Positions 40,170 through 48,854 of a stretch of 64,000 bases of DNA are shown here, piece after piece. How positions within the stretch are numbered: the stretch's first letter is position 1; every line of letters starts with the position of its first letter. The position numbers and the translations under genes are program-made. The DNA lies in assembly GCA_044377005.1 (NCBI GenBank), contig JBILJV010000001.1:34999-98998 (forward strand). Reading direction: 5' to 3'. This stretch comes from Bacteroidia bacterium. Its GTDB lineage: Bacteria; Bacteroidota; Bacteroidia; NS11-12g; UBA955. The notes under the pieces were generated by a model, which worked only from the letters and a program-made list of their open reading frames with translations, did no database searches and was not told where the DNA came from.

Positions 40170-43100
40170 TTACTCTTTGTTATTGTTGCTTTGGAAATTG
40201 ATTAAGAATTCAAATAAATCCTGATGAGTCTCTAATTTTAATTTTTTCCTTAAACGGTATCTGCTTATTTCTACCCCTCTAACAGATATGCTAAATAGTT
40301 GGGCCATTTCTTTGCTCGATAAATTCATTCTTAAGTATGCACAAAGTTTTAATTCTTTGGAATTTAAATCAGGATATGCCTTTTTTAAATTATTTAAAAA
40401 ATCACTTTGTACATTTTTAACATGATCTGTAAATTTATCCCATTCCTCATCTAGTTTTTCATCTGATTTTATTTGACGTAATATTTTTCTAATTTCATTT
40501 GTCTCAACTTGGTCTTTGTTCTGAATAACTAAATTGTTTAAATGACTTGTTAACTTACCTAAAAAAGCTTTTTTCTGAAGCAAATTCATCGCAGTACTTG
40601 CCAAGTCTTCACTTTTGTGCTTTATCTCCGCTTGAAGATTGTCATTAGTCAATTGCATTATCGCTTTTTCATTCTTTTCAAGCTCAAGTTGATGTTTATA
40701 GTTGATTTGACGTTGATCTTCCTCAAATTTAAGTTTAGCCTCAAGCATCCTAATTTGTGCTTTTTTCTGTAGTTTTTTCTTTTGTAGTTTAAGCAATAAA
40801 TAAAACACAGATAATATGATTAATAGATAAAGAAAATAAGCCCAAATATTTCTATACCAAGGGGCTTTGATTTCAAAATTGTATGAGAATTGCTTAAACT
40901 CGTTTAATGGTCCATGTCTTGATTTTAAAATAAAAGTGTACTTACCTTCTTTGAGATTTGTGTATTCTTTTTCAGAAGTTGAACTCCAATTACTCCATTT
41001 TTTATCATGACCTTCCAGTAAGTAACTAAATTCAATGTTTGATTTATGCCTCAAAAATGAACTTGCAAATGAAAACCGGATTGAGTTTGATTTGTAAGGG
41101 ATTGATGTTATTAAATTGTTGTTTTTGAGGAGATTGTTGAATCCTCCATAAATAATTGAATCGCCACTTCCCAAGGTTTTTACTGAACTTATGTAAGTTT
41201 TATAAGGGAATATTTGCTTAGAATACTTATTATAATTGATTTTATAAAAGCCAATGTCTGATCCTATTATTGTGTTTTCGGAATCGTAGCAGTAAATATT
41301 TTCAAAACCACTTAGTACTTGATTAAATAGTTCAGGAATATATTTAACAACTGGTTGAGAATCTTTAAAGTCCACTATGCCTAACATTTTGTCTTGAACA
41401 AACCAAATATTGCCATTTAAGTCTTCTTTTAAATACCTTATTGGGATATTGCCCAATATGTTTTTATAAAGTATGGAAGGAATTAACTTATCTCTTTTTT
41501 GGTCTATTTCATAAATGCCTTTAATTGTAGCTATTACAATTTTGTTTTTTATTTTAAAAACATGATTATCTAATTCAGAAGGTAATCCATCTTTAGCAGC
41601 GTATTTTTTAATCCTGTTATCTGTTATGTTGATTTTATATAATCCATGATAAGGGTGTGATACCCAAATGGAATTATTTTCTACCTCCAAATAACGGCTT
41701 GATTCAATAAAGTTTCTGATAGAACCATCGTTTTTGAGTTCCTTATTCTCTTTGCGAAAAAGTTGAATGCCAAAATAATTTCCGCATACTATTTTAGGAG
41801 GAATACTAACGTTTATTGGTTTAAATGTCCAAAAGCCTAAAGATTTAAAAATAGGGCTTACTTTGTCGTTATCGACTTTCCATAATCCATCATCTCTACT
41901 CACAATTAGTTGGTTTTCATAAGTATTAACATTCCAAGTTAGGCCATTCATTATAATTTTGGGTTTCAATGAAAGTGAACCTAATTCGTTTTTTTGTTTA
42001 ATATCTATAGATTGTAATCCTGTAGACAATGCAAAATATAAATCTCCATTTAATCTAATAGCACCATGCCCACTGCCGTTGTTAAATGAGTTGGGATTTA
42101 TATGGTAAATGGAATTTCCCCAATCAATAAGTGCGATACTGTTATCCATTCCTATCCAAGTACATCCATCAAACCCACTGTAAAGGCAGCGCATTGTATT
42201 GCTTACTAATCCTTGTTTTGTAGAAATATTTCCCAGTATATTTCCTTTTTTGTCTATTTTGTAAAGTCCTGAATTATATGAACCTAATAAAAAATGATTG
42301 GCGTTAATGACCTCAATAGTTGTAAAGTGATTTTCTTTTATTAAGGCATTAATTTTAAATGGGAGTAACTGATTTTTGGTTAATAAGAATAACCCATTTC
42401 CTGTGGTACTCAATAAACTCGTATCGATTCCAAATGGCTTTATATCAGTGATTTGAAATCCATTAGGCAACAAACTTTGATTGATTAGGGATTCCCATCG
42501 GCCTTTGTTGTACAGCAGTATACCGCTTTTCTTGTCTTGAGCAATTAGTTTATTGTGGTGTTTTTTTAATGAAGTCCATGTTGTTTTCGGTTTAAAATAG
42601 GAGATACAGTTGTTCGAATATCTAAAAATAAACTGAGGTGTCATAAAAAAAACGTCTTGGTCAATTATTTCGATATTCCAGATATCGGCTAATGAACTAA
42701 CAAATGGTGGGAGTTGTTTTTTTAAAGATGTAAATATGAATTTTCCTGATTTGTCAGCTTTGAAATAGCCAAATTCGTCTTGTGCACCCACATATAATCG
42801 ACCATCATTGCTCATTGCAATAGATCTTACAATAGTTTTATTTGGAACAGGATATAATTCCCATTTTACACCATTGTATATCAAAAGGCCTTCGTTATTT
42901 GCAATAAACAATCTGCCCATATTATCCCTTTCAATATCCCAGTTTTGTGTGCCTGCAGAATATTCGGATTTTGAAAAAATAGAAACCTTTGCATTGTCAA
43001 TTTCCTCTTGTCCAAAGCAGTTGATAATGAAAAGAAGAAGATACAAGCCCAAAAATAACCCTTTTTTAGAGGTGCATTTTTCTTTGGTTTTGTTTCGGTA

Positions 43101-43187
43101 TTTTATTGATTTTCGGATGTTAATAATGCAAAAATAACCAAATTTTTCAGTTTGATGTAGTAAAGTAGTAGTTTTTATTGGTTGCAA
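40170..43187 (-). CDS. Transmembrane one-component regulator: periplasmic Reg_prop beta-propeller plus Y_Y_Y sensor, TM helix, coiled coil, LuxR-type HTH
   Basis: Reg_prop-like repeats (e.g. DGCTWIGMDNSIAL); Y_Y_Y block (FSYLLEGHDKKWSNW...YTFILKSR); TM IWAYFLYLLIILSVFYLLL; C-terminal HTH KLCAYLRMNLSSKEMAQLFSISVRGVEISRYRLRKKL; no HK or REC domain; true start uncertain (long pre-signal leader). Confidence 0.75.
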   Translation of the reverse strand: MQPIKTTTLLHQTEKFGYFCIINIRKSIKYRNKTKEKCTSKKGLFLGLYLLLFIINCFGQEEIDNAKVSIFSKSEYSAGTQNWDIERDNMGRLFIANNEGLLIYNGVKWELYPVPNKTIVRSIAMSNDGRLYVGAQDEFGYFKADKSGKFIFTSLKKQLPPFVSSLADIWNIEIIDQDVFFMTPQFIFRYSNNCISYFKPKTTWTSLKKHHNKLIAQDKKSGILLYNKGRWESLINQSLLPNGFQITDIKPFGIDTSLLSTTGNGLFLLTKNQLLPFKINALIKENHFTTIEVINANHFLLGSYNSGLYKIDKKGNILGNISTKQGLVSNTMRCLYSGFDGCTWIGMDNSIALIDWGNSIYHINPNSFNNGSGHGAIRLNGDLYFALSTGLQSIDIKQKNELGSLSLKPKIIMNGLTWNVNTYENQLIVSRDDGLWKVDNDKVSPIFKSLGFWTFKPINVSIPPKIVCGNYFGIQLFRKENKELKNDGSIRNFIESSRYLEVENNSIWVSHPYHGLYKINITDNRIKKYAAKDGLPSELDNHVFKIKNKIVIATIKGIYEIDQKRDKLIPSILYKNILGNIPIRYLKEDLNGNIWFVQDKMLGIVDFKDSQPVVKYIPELFNQVLSGFENIYCYDSENTIIGSDIGFYKINYNKYSKQIFPYKTYISSVKTLGSGDSIIYGGFNNLLKNNNLITSIPYKSNSIRFSFASSFLRHKSNIEFSYLLEGHDKKWSNWSSTSEKEYTNLKEGKYTFILKSRHGPLNEFKQFSYNFEIKAPWYRNIWAYFLYLLIILSVFYLLLKLQKKKLQKKAQIRMLEAKLKFEEDQRQINYKHQLELEKNEKAIMQLTNDNLQAEIKHKSEDLASTAMNLLQKKAFLGKLTSHLNNLVIQNKDQVETNEIRKILRQIKSDEKLDEEWDKFTDHVKNVQSDFLNNLKKAYPDLNSKELKLCAYLRMNLSSKEMAQLFSISVRGVEISRYRLRKKLKLETHQDLFEFLINFQSNNNKE

Positions 43188-43274
43188 TGTAATTCAAAAG
43201 ACTATTTTTGTCAAAAATTAGTTGTTATTTGTATCAATATAAAATTAATTTTATCAGTAGTAAATAAAAAGTAT

Positions 43275-46200
43275 ATGCCCAAAAAGAATATCGAAATGAT
43301 TAAAAAAATGCTAATCCAATTTTTTTTGTTATTAGCTCCATTGTTAGTATTTGCACAAAGTGAAAAAGTGGAAGTAATTAAGTCGGAAAATGGATTTAAA
43401 CTTTCAGTCAATGGAAAAGACCTGTTTATAAATGGAATGAATTGGGATTATTTTCCAGTGGGAACAAATTACAATTACAGTTTGTGGAATCAGTCGGATG
43501 ATTTGATAAAAGCTGCTTTGGACAATGAAATGTCCTATCTAAAAAATATGGGAGTTAATGCCATTCGACAATATTCGGGTGTCCCTGCCAAATGGGTAAC
43601 ATATATCTATAATAACTACGGAATTTACACCATGCTCAATCATTCTTTTGGTCGTTATGGATTAAATATCAATGGTAAATGGGAAGCCAATACAGACTAT
43701 TCTAATCCAGCAGTTAGGGAAGTTTTGCTAAAAGAAACTAAGGAAATGGTGTCTCAATATAAAGAAACGCCAGGAATTTTGTTGTTTTTGTTAGGAAATG
43801 AAAATAATTATGGTCTCTTTTGGAGAGGCGCTGAAACAGAAAGTATCCCATTTGCGGATAGAAAATCGACTAAAGATGCTTACTTTATGTATAAGCTTTT
43901 TAATGATGCTGTTAAAGAATTAAAAACAATTGACAAAAATCATCCAATAGCCATTTGTAATGGTGATTTATTGTTTTCTGACATTATTGCAAAAGAGTGT
44001 GCTGATGTTGATATTTTAGGAGTAAATTGCTATAGAGGTCTTACTTTTACTGACCTGTATGAGCGAGTAAAAAAGGAGTTAAATATCCCTATTCTTCTTA
44101 CTGAGTTTGGATCTGATGCTTACAATACTCGTTCAAATATTGAAGACCAAGAGTTTCAAGCACAAGTATTATTGAGTAATTGGAAGGAAATATACAGCAA
44201 TGCTGCTGGAATGGGAAAAAATAATAATAGTTTGGGTGGTTTTACTTTCCAATTCAGTGATGGATGGTGGAAAACAGGTCAAACAATCAATTTGGATGAA
44301 CACGATGTTACAGCTTCTTGGTCTAACGGTGGGTATGGTAACGATTATGTTCAGGGTGAAAATAATATGAATGAAGAGTGGTTTGGAATTTGTGCAAAAG
44401 GTAAAACAAATGAACGTGGTTTATATGAGTTATATCCAAGGGCGGCTTATTATGCGCTTCAGAATATACACAATTTCAACCCATATTTAAGTAATTCTAA
44501 TCTAATAAATACTTATTTTAATTCCATATCAATTTTAGATGCAGCCTTAAAGGCAAGAGGAGATAAATCTGTTTTGGAATCCAAAGACAAAGGGAAATTG
44601 TATTTAAGCAATTTACAAGCCAATTTTAACACCTATCAAACAGGAGGAAGTTTAATAACAACACCGTCCACTTCCAATCCCTTAAATTCAAATTCATATC
44701 CCAATGTTCAAGGCTTTGACCATATGCAATCTTTTAACTTTGGAATTACCGCAAGGCCTGCTCCTAATATGAAAGCAAATGTTCAATTTAATGTATTAGG
44801 GAATGTTGCTACTAATCCAATAGATGAAATATTCTATGAAAATAGAGGAAGACCAATAACCATTCAAACGCCATCTGGACCACAACAAATTAACTCAAAT
44901 AATAGAGTACAATTGTATAAAGCCAATTACAGTTGGGATGCTAAGGATTTTAAACTAACAGGATTTTATAGAACAGGTCATTACCATTGGGGTTATGAAG
45001 GTGACTTTTTTGGATTATATCCTGAAGCCAATTATGGTCCTAATATTGATATATACAACGGCAATGCACCTTTTGGTTTTGAAATAGAAGGTAAAAAAAA
45101 TATTAAAGGTTTAAAGCTGGCTTTTGGTCCTGAATTATGGTGGGGAGCCAATCCAGCTTTTTTGTTAAAATACAATCGAAAAATAGCAGGGTTAGATGTT
45201 ACAGGGATTTTTCATGAGGATATTACTCAAAGAAATAATCTACAAAGTTCATTTGCAGTTCCTATGCCTAAAACTAGAAGATTAACCGTAGCAATAGGTA
45301 AGAAAATGAATCATTTTACCTTCGATTTGGGAGGGATTTGGGGCGGACAACCACTCAATGGAAGAACATTTCAAATGGTTTATGAAAATGTAGTCTACGA
45401 AGATAAAATTCAAAGTACAGATAATTTTGGGGGTAAAGCAAAACTCACCTATTCAAAAGGAGCTTTTCGTTGGTATGGTCTTGCTTCATATATGGGTTTA
45501 GTAGCTAATGGAGGGGTAGACCAAACCAAAACATTTACCGGTTGGGTTCTTAAGGATATAGGAAGCGGAAATATGTATAATGCACTTACAGGTCTGACAT
45601 ACAATATTGGTAAAATTCAAATAGCACCCAATTTTTTATTTCAAAAACCCTTAGTGGGTCCCATTGGCCCTAATTATTTAGCACCCGCTCGCCCAAGAAA
45701 CATTTTAGACGATCCTTTTTCTGTGAGAGGAAATAGAGAAACAGTGGGTGGAGAAATGTTGATTACATATGATCCAACACCTGCAACTTGGATGTATGAG
45801 TGGGATAATGACAGAATGGAAGATGCCAAATTTGCTTTTAGTTCAGGATTTGTTTACAGACATTTACCCACGGTTCAAGATGCCTCTATAGGTATTTTAG
45901 GAAATGGTCGTACCACTTTTGTCTTTCCGGGTTCTGCACCCGCGCAGGATCTTTGGGAACTAAACGCTAGAGTTGTTTCTAAAATTAATCCCGAATTCGG
46001 AATTATTGGGAATTTGTATTTTGGAAATGGTCAAGCCAATGGAAACGATACTAGAACAATCAATAGATATGGAATGGATATTAGAACTATTTATAAAAAA
46101 ATGAAACTAATTACCATTGTTAAAATAGATGATTGGGGTCCATTTGACTATCACCGAGATTTTAACCAAACTTTCCCACTTCAATTGATAGGTGATTGGT

Positions 46201-46418
46201 CAATAGAAGTTGGAAAGCCTGATTGGTTTATGCTCCCAGGAACGAAACTTGGATTCAGAACAACATATAGGACTTTAAATAAATACTCCAACAGATATTC
46301 ACCAATTACAACTTTAAATAATTTAGGTCAATTTGTCCCTGACCCCAATGCACTTGGTTTTCCGAATGGTAACGAATGGGAGCTAAGAACCTACATTCAA
46401 ATCAATATCAATAATTAA
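43275..46418 (+). CDS. Fusion protein: clan GH-A-like glycosidase TIM barrel (NE and TEFG motifs) plus ~600-aa beta-rich porin-like C-terminal domain
   Basis: Signal peptide LLVFAQS; N-terminal domain with LGNENNYG (acid/base-like) and ILLTEFGSDAYN (nucleophile-like); C-terminal half rich in Gly/aromatic residues with alternating strands; start refined from 43182 to the ATG at 43275. Confidence 0.5.
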   Translation: MPKKNIEMIKKMLIQFFLLLAPLLVFAQSEKVEVIKSENGFKLSVNGKDLFINGMNWDYFPVGTNYNYSLWNQSDDLIKAALDNEMSYLKNMGVNAIRQYSGVPAKWVTYIYNNYGIYTMLNHSFGRYGLNINGKWEANTDYSNPAVREVLLKETKEMVSQYKETPGILLFLLGNENNYGLFWRGAETESIPFADRKSTKDAYFMYKLFNDAVKELKTIDKNHPIAICNGDLLFSDIIAKECADVDILGVNCYRGLTFTDLYERVKKELNIPILLTEFGSDAYNTRSNIEDQEFQAQVLLSNWKEIYSNAAGMGKNNNSLGGFTFQFSDGWWKTGQTINLDEHDVTASWSNGGYGNDYVQGENNMNEEWFGICAKGKTNERGLYELYPRAAYYALQNIHNFNPYLSNSNLINTYFNSISILDAALKARGDKSVLESKDKGKLYLSNLQANFNTYQTGGSLITTPSTSNPLNSNSYPNVQGFDHMQSFNFGITARPAPNMKANVQFNVLGNVATNPIDEIFYENRGRPITIQTPSGPQQINSNNRVQLYKANYSWDAKDFKLTGFYRTGHYHWGYEGDFFGLYPEANYGPNIDIYNGNAPFGFEIEGKKNIKGLKLAFGPELWWGANPAFLLKYNRKIAGLDVTGIFHEDITQRNNLQSSFAVPMPKTRRLTVAIGKKMNHFTFDLGGIWGGQPLNGRTFQMVYENVVYEDKIQSTDNFGGKAKLTYSKGAFRWYGLASYMGLVANGGVDQTKTFTGWVLKDIGSGNMYNALTGLTYNIGKIQIAPNFLFQKPLVGPIGPNYLAPARPRNILDDPFSVRGNRETVGGEMLITYDPTPATWMYEWDNDRMEDAKFAFSSGFVYRHLPTVQDASIGILGNGRTTFVFPGSAPAQDLWELNARVVSKINPEFGIIGNLYFGNGQANGNDTRTINRYGMDIRTIYKKMKLITIVKIDDWGPFDYHRDFNQTFPLQLIGDWSIEVGKPDWFMLPGTKLGFRTTYRTLNKYSNRYSPITTLNNLGQFVPDPNALGFPNGNEWELRTYIQININN

Positions 46419-46451
46419 TGAAATTTCAACTCTTGCTAATATAAAAATAAT

Positions 46452-47858
46452 ATGAAAATGATAAATAAGTTAAGTGTTCAAATAGGTTTTATCGCCCTAT
46501 TTTTAATGGTTCAATTAGGGTGTAAACGCGAATTATCAGAGGATGCTGTATTGCCTCAATTTAGCAAAAATCCATATGTTTTTACCGATAACTTTATAGG
46601 ATTAGGTTCTGATTTTTATTTCCCTTTTGCAGATGCTAAGCCAGATGTTTTTTCAGTTGACTTAAAAGAGGGTTTCGAAAGCAATGCTTCAGTTAGAATT
46701 GATGTGCCCAATGAGACTGATCCAGGAGGAGCTTATGCTGGGGCAATTTTTAGAATAGATGGTGCTGGTAGAAATTTAAGTAATTATGATGCAATAACTT
46801 TTTATGTTAAAGCCTCTACTGGAACAAAATTAGGTGATGTTGGATTTGGGATTGATTACATTCAAGACAAAAATAAAGTGTCTATTCAAAATGTAAATGT
46901 TGGAACCAATTGGACCAAAGTTATTATTCCTATTCCCGATCCTACTCAATTGGTTAATGAAAGAGGTGTTTTTTGGTTTGCAGCTGGTACACAAGAGACT
47001 AATGGGGCAGGATATGTACTTTGGTTTGATGAAATTAAATTTGAGAAATTAGGGACTGTGGGAAAGCCAACTTCAAGGATTTTAAATGGCGAAGTTAGCA
47101 CGGTAAAGTCCTTTGTTGGAGCCTCAATAACGGTTACAGGTTTGAATCATATTTTTAATCTAACAAATGGTCAAGATGTTATTGTGAATTCTACTTCTGC
47201 ATATTATAACTTTTCAAGTTCAAATACTTCTGTGGCATCAGTTAATGACTCAGGAATTGTGAAAATATTAGCTATAGGTACAGCAGAAATAACGGCTAGA
47301 GTCAATGGGATATTAGCGAAAGGTAAGTTGATTATTGAGTCAAAAGGTAATTTACCTGGCGCACCTATCCCAACTAGGTCAGCAATCGATGTTAAATCTA
47401 TTTTTAGTGATGCTTATGTCAATGCAACTGAAAGTAATTTTACACCAGGTTTTGGCGGCTCTACTACAGTTTTTGACCAATTGACAACCAGTAGCGGTAA
47501 GATAATACAATATAATAATAATAATTATACAGGAATAATCTTTGGGAATACAGTCGATGCATCTTCTCTTGGTTTTTTACATATTGATGCATACGTAGAA
47601 AATGCATCATCTGTAATTGGAATTCAAATTAGAGATATTGGGGCAAATAAAACAATTGAGACTGACGTGTTTACAGGGAATCCAATAGGAGATGATAAGG
47701 ATAAAAGAATGAATTTGTCTGGATTTGAAGCAGGAGTATGGAAGTCTTTTGATATTCCTTTAAATGCAGGCATTCTGAATCAAAAAAATAATTTAGGTGC
47801 AATTATTTTAACCGGAGGTCCAAATTTTATGATAGACAATATCTATTTTTATAAATAA
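46452..47858 (+). CDS. Surface lipoprotein with CBM-like domain, Big_2 Ig-like domain and CBM-like domain (SGBP-like)
   Basis: Lipobox VQLGC; central Big_2 signature (SVASVNDSGIVKILAIGTAEITARV); C-terminal domain homologous to the repeats of the 38172 protein (AIDVKSIFSDAYVN...IDNIYFY). Confidence 0.65.
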   Translation: MKMINKLSVQIGFIALFLMVQLGCKRELSEDAVLPQFSKNPYVFTDNFIGLGSDFYFPFADAKPDVFSVDLKEGFESNASVRIDVPNETDPGGAYAGAIFRIDGAGRNLSNYDAITFYVKASTGTKLGDVGFGIDYIQDKNKVSIQNVNVGTNWTKVIIPIPDPTQLVNERGVFWFAAGTQETNGAGYVLWFDEIKFEKLGTVGKPTSRILNGEVSTVKSFVGASITVTGLNHIFNLTNGQDVIVNSTSAYYNFSSSNTSVASVNDSGIVKILAIGTAEITARVNGILAKGKLIIESKGNLPGAPIPTRSAIDVKSIFSDAYVNATESNFTPGFGGSTTVFDQLTTSSGKIIQYNNNNYTGIIFGNTVDASSLGFLHIDAYVENASSVIGIQIRDIGANKTIETDVFTGNPIGDDKDKRMNLSGFEAGVWKSFDIPLNAGILNQKNNLGAIILTGGPNFMIDNIYFYK

Positions 47859-47865
47859 AGGCAAT

Positions 47866-48708
47866 TTGAAGAGAATTTTAAATAAACAATTAATGAATAA
47901 ATCGAATAAATTAACACTATTGACAATTTTAGCAATTTCTATGGGAGGATGTAAGGTAGAACCCATTCAGAACTTACCGGAAAAAAAATATGAATTGGTT
48001 TGGAGTGATGAGTTTGTAGGTGATTCTGGCGTTAATCCTAATGCTTTAAATTGGACTTACGATATTGGCACTGGACAAAATGGTTGGGGAAATAATGAAC
48101 TTCAATCCTATACCAACAATCCCCAAAATGTATCTTTGGATGGTTCTGGGAATTTGGTTATTTCTGCTTTGAAAAGTACTACAGTTAACTACACTTCGGC
48201 AAGAATAAAAACAGAAGGTCTTTTTGCTCATCAGTTTGGAAGAGTTGAAGCACGTATAAAAACACCAACAGGTTCAGGAATTTGGCCTGCATTTTGGATG
48301 TTAGGAGCAGATTTTAAGGATGTTGGCTGGCCTAAGTGTGGTGAAATTGATATTATGGAACAAAAAGGCAAATTTTCAAACATAACTTATGGTTCAATTC
48401 ACGGACCAGGATATGCTGGTGGTCAAGCTATTACTACGCCATACGGATTAAAAGATAATAGGTTTGATGCTGATTTTAATGTTTACGCGGTTGAATGGGG
48501 CCAAAATTATATTGATTTTTTTGTCAATAATTATTTTTACAAAAGAGTAACCCCCAACGATGTTAAGGGTGAATGGGTATTTAATAAACCTTTTTTTATT
48601 ATCCTGAATATTGCTGTTGGTGGAAATTTTGTTGGTCCTCCCAATATCAATACCCCTTTCCCAAGTTATATGTATGTTGATTATGTTAGAGTTTACAAAG
48701 AAATATAA
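47866..48708 (+). CDS. GH16 laminarinase-like lipoprotein
   Basis: Lipobox MGGC; LVWSDEF; catalytic EIDIME; 280 aa single catalytic domain. Confidence 0.82.
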   Translation: MKRILNKQLMNKSNKLTLLTILAISMGGCKVEPIQNLPEKKYELVWSDEFVGDSGVNPNALNWTYDIGTGQNGWGNNELQSYTNNPQNVSLDGSGNLVISALKSTTVNYTSARIKTEGLFAHQFGRVEARIKTPTGSGIWPAFWMLGADFKDVGWPKCGEIDIMEQKGKFSNITYGSIHGPGYAGGQAITTPYGLKDNRFDADFNVYAVEWGQNYIDFFVNNYFYKRVTPNDVKGEWVFNKPFFIILNIAVGGNFVGPPNINTPFPSYMYVDYVRVYKEI

Positions 48709-48854
48709 CAAATAAAAAATGGAATTTAATTCAATATGTATTTAAATTCTTATTTAAATTTTTATTATATATTAAAAATTTACTATCTCATCTAAAATAT
48801 ATCCAATAGTCGGTTATTCATTTACCTTAAAAACGAAGCAATAGTTACCATATT

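Noticed and set aside
43182-43274. Track start at 43182 for the 1078-aa ORF, overlapping the divergent regulator gene
   Set aside because: Signal peptide begins after the internal ATG at 43275 (MPKKNIEMIKKMLIQFFLLLAPLLVFAQ); the upstream extension would overlap the regulator and has no signal peptide.
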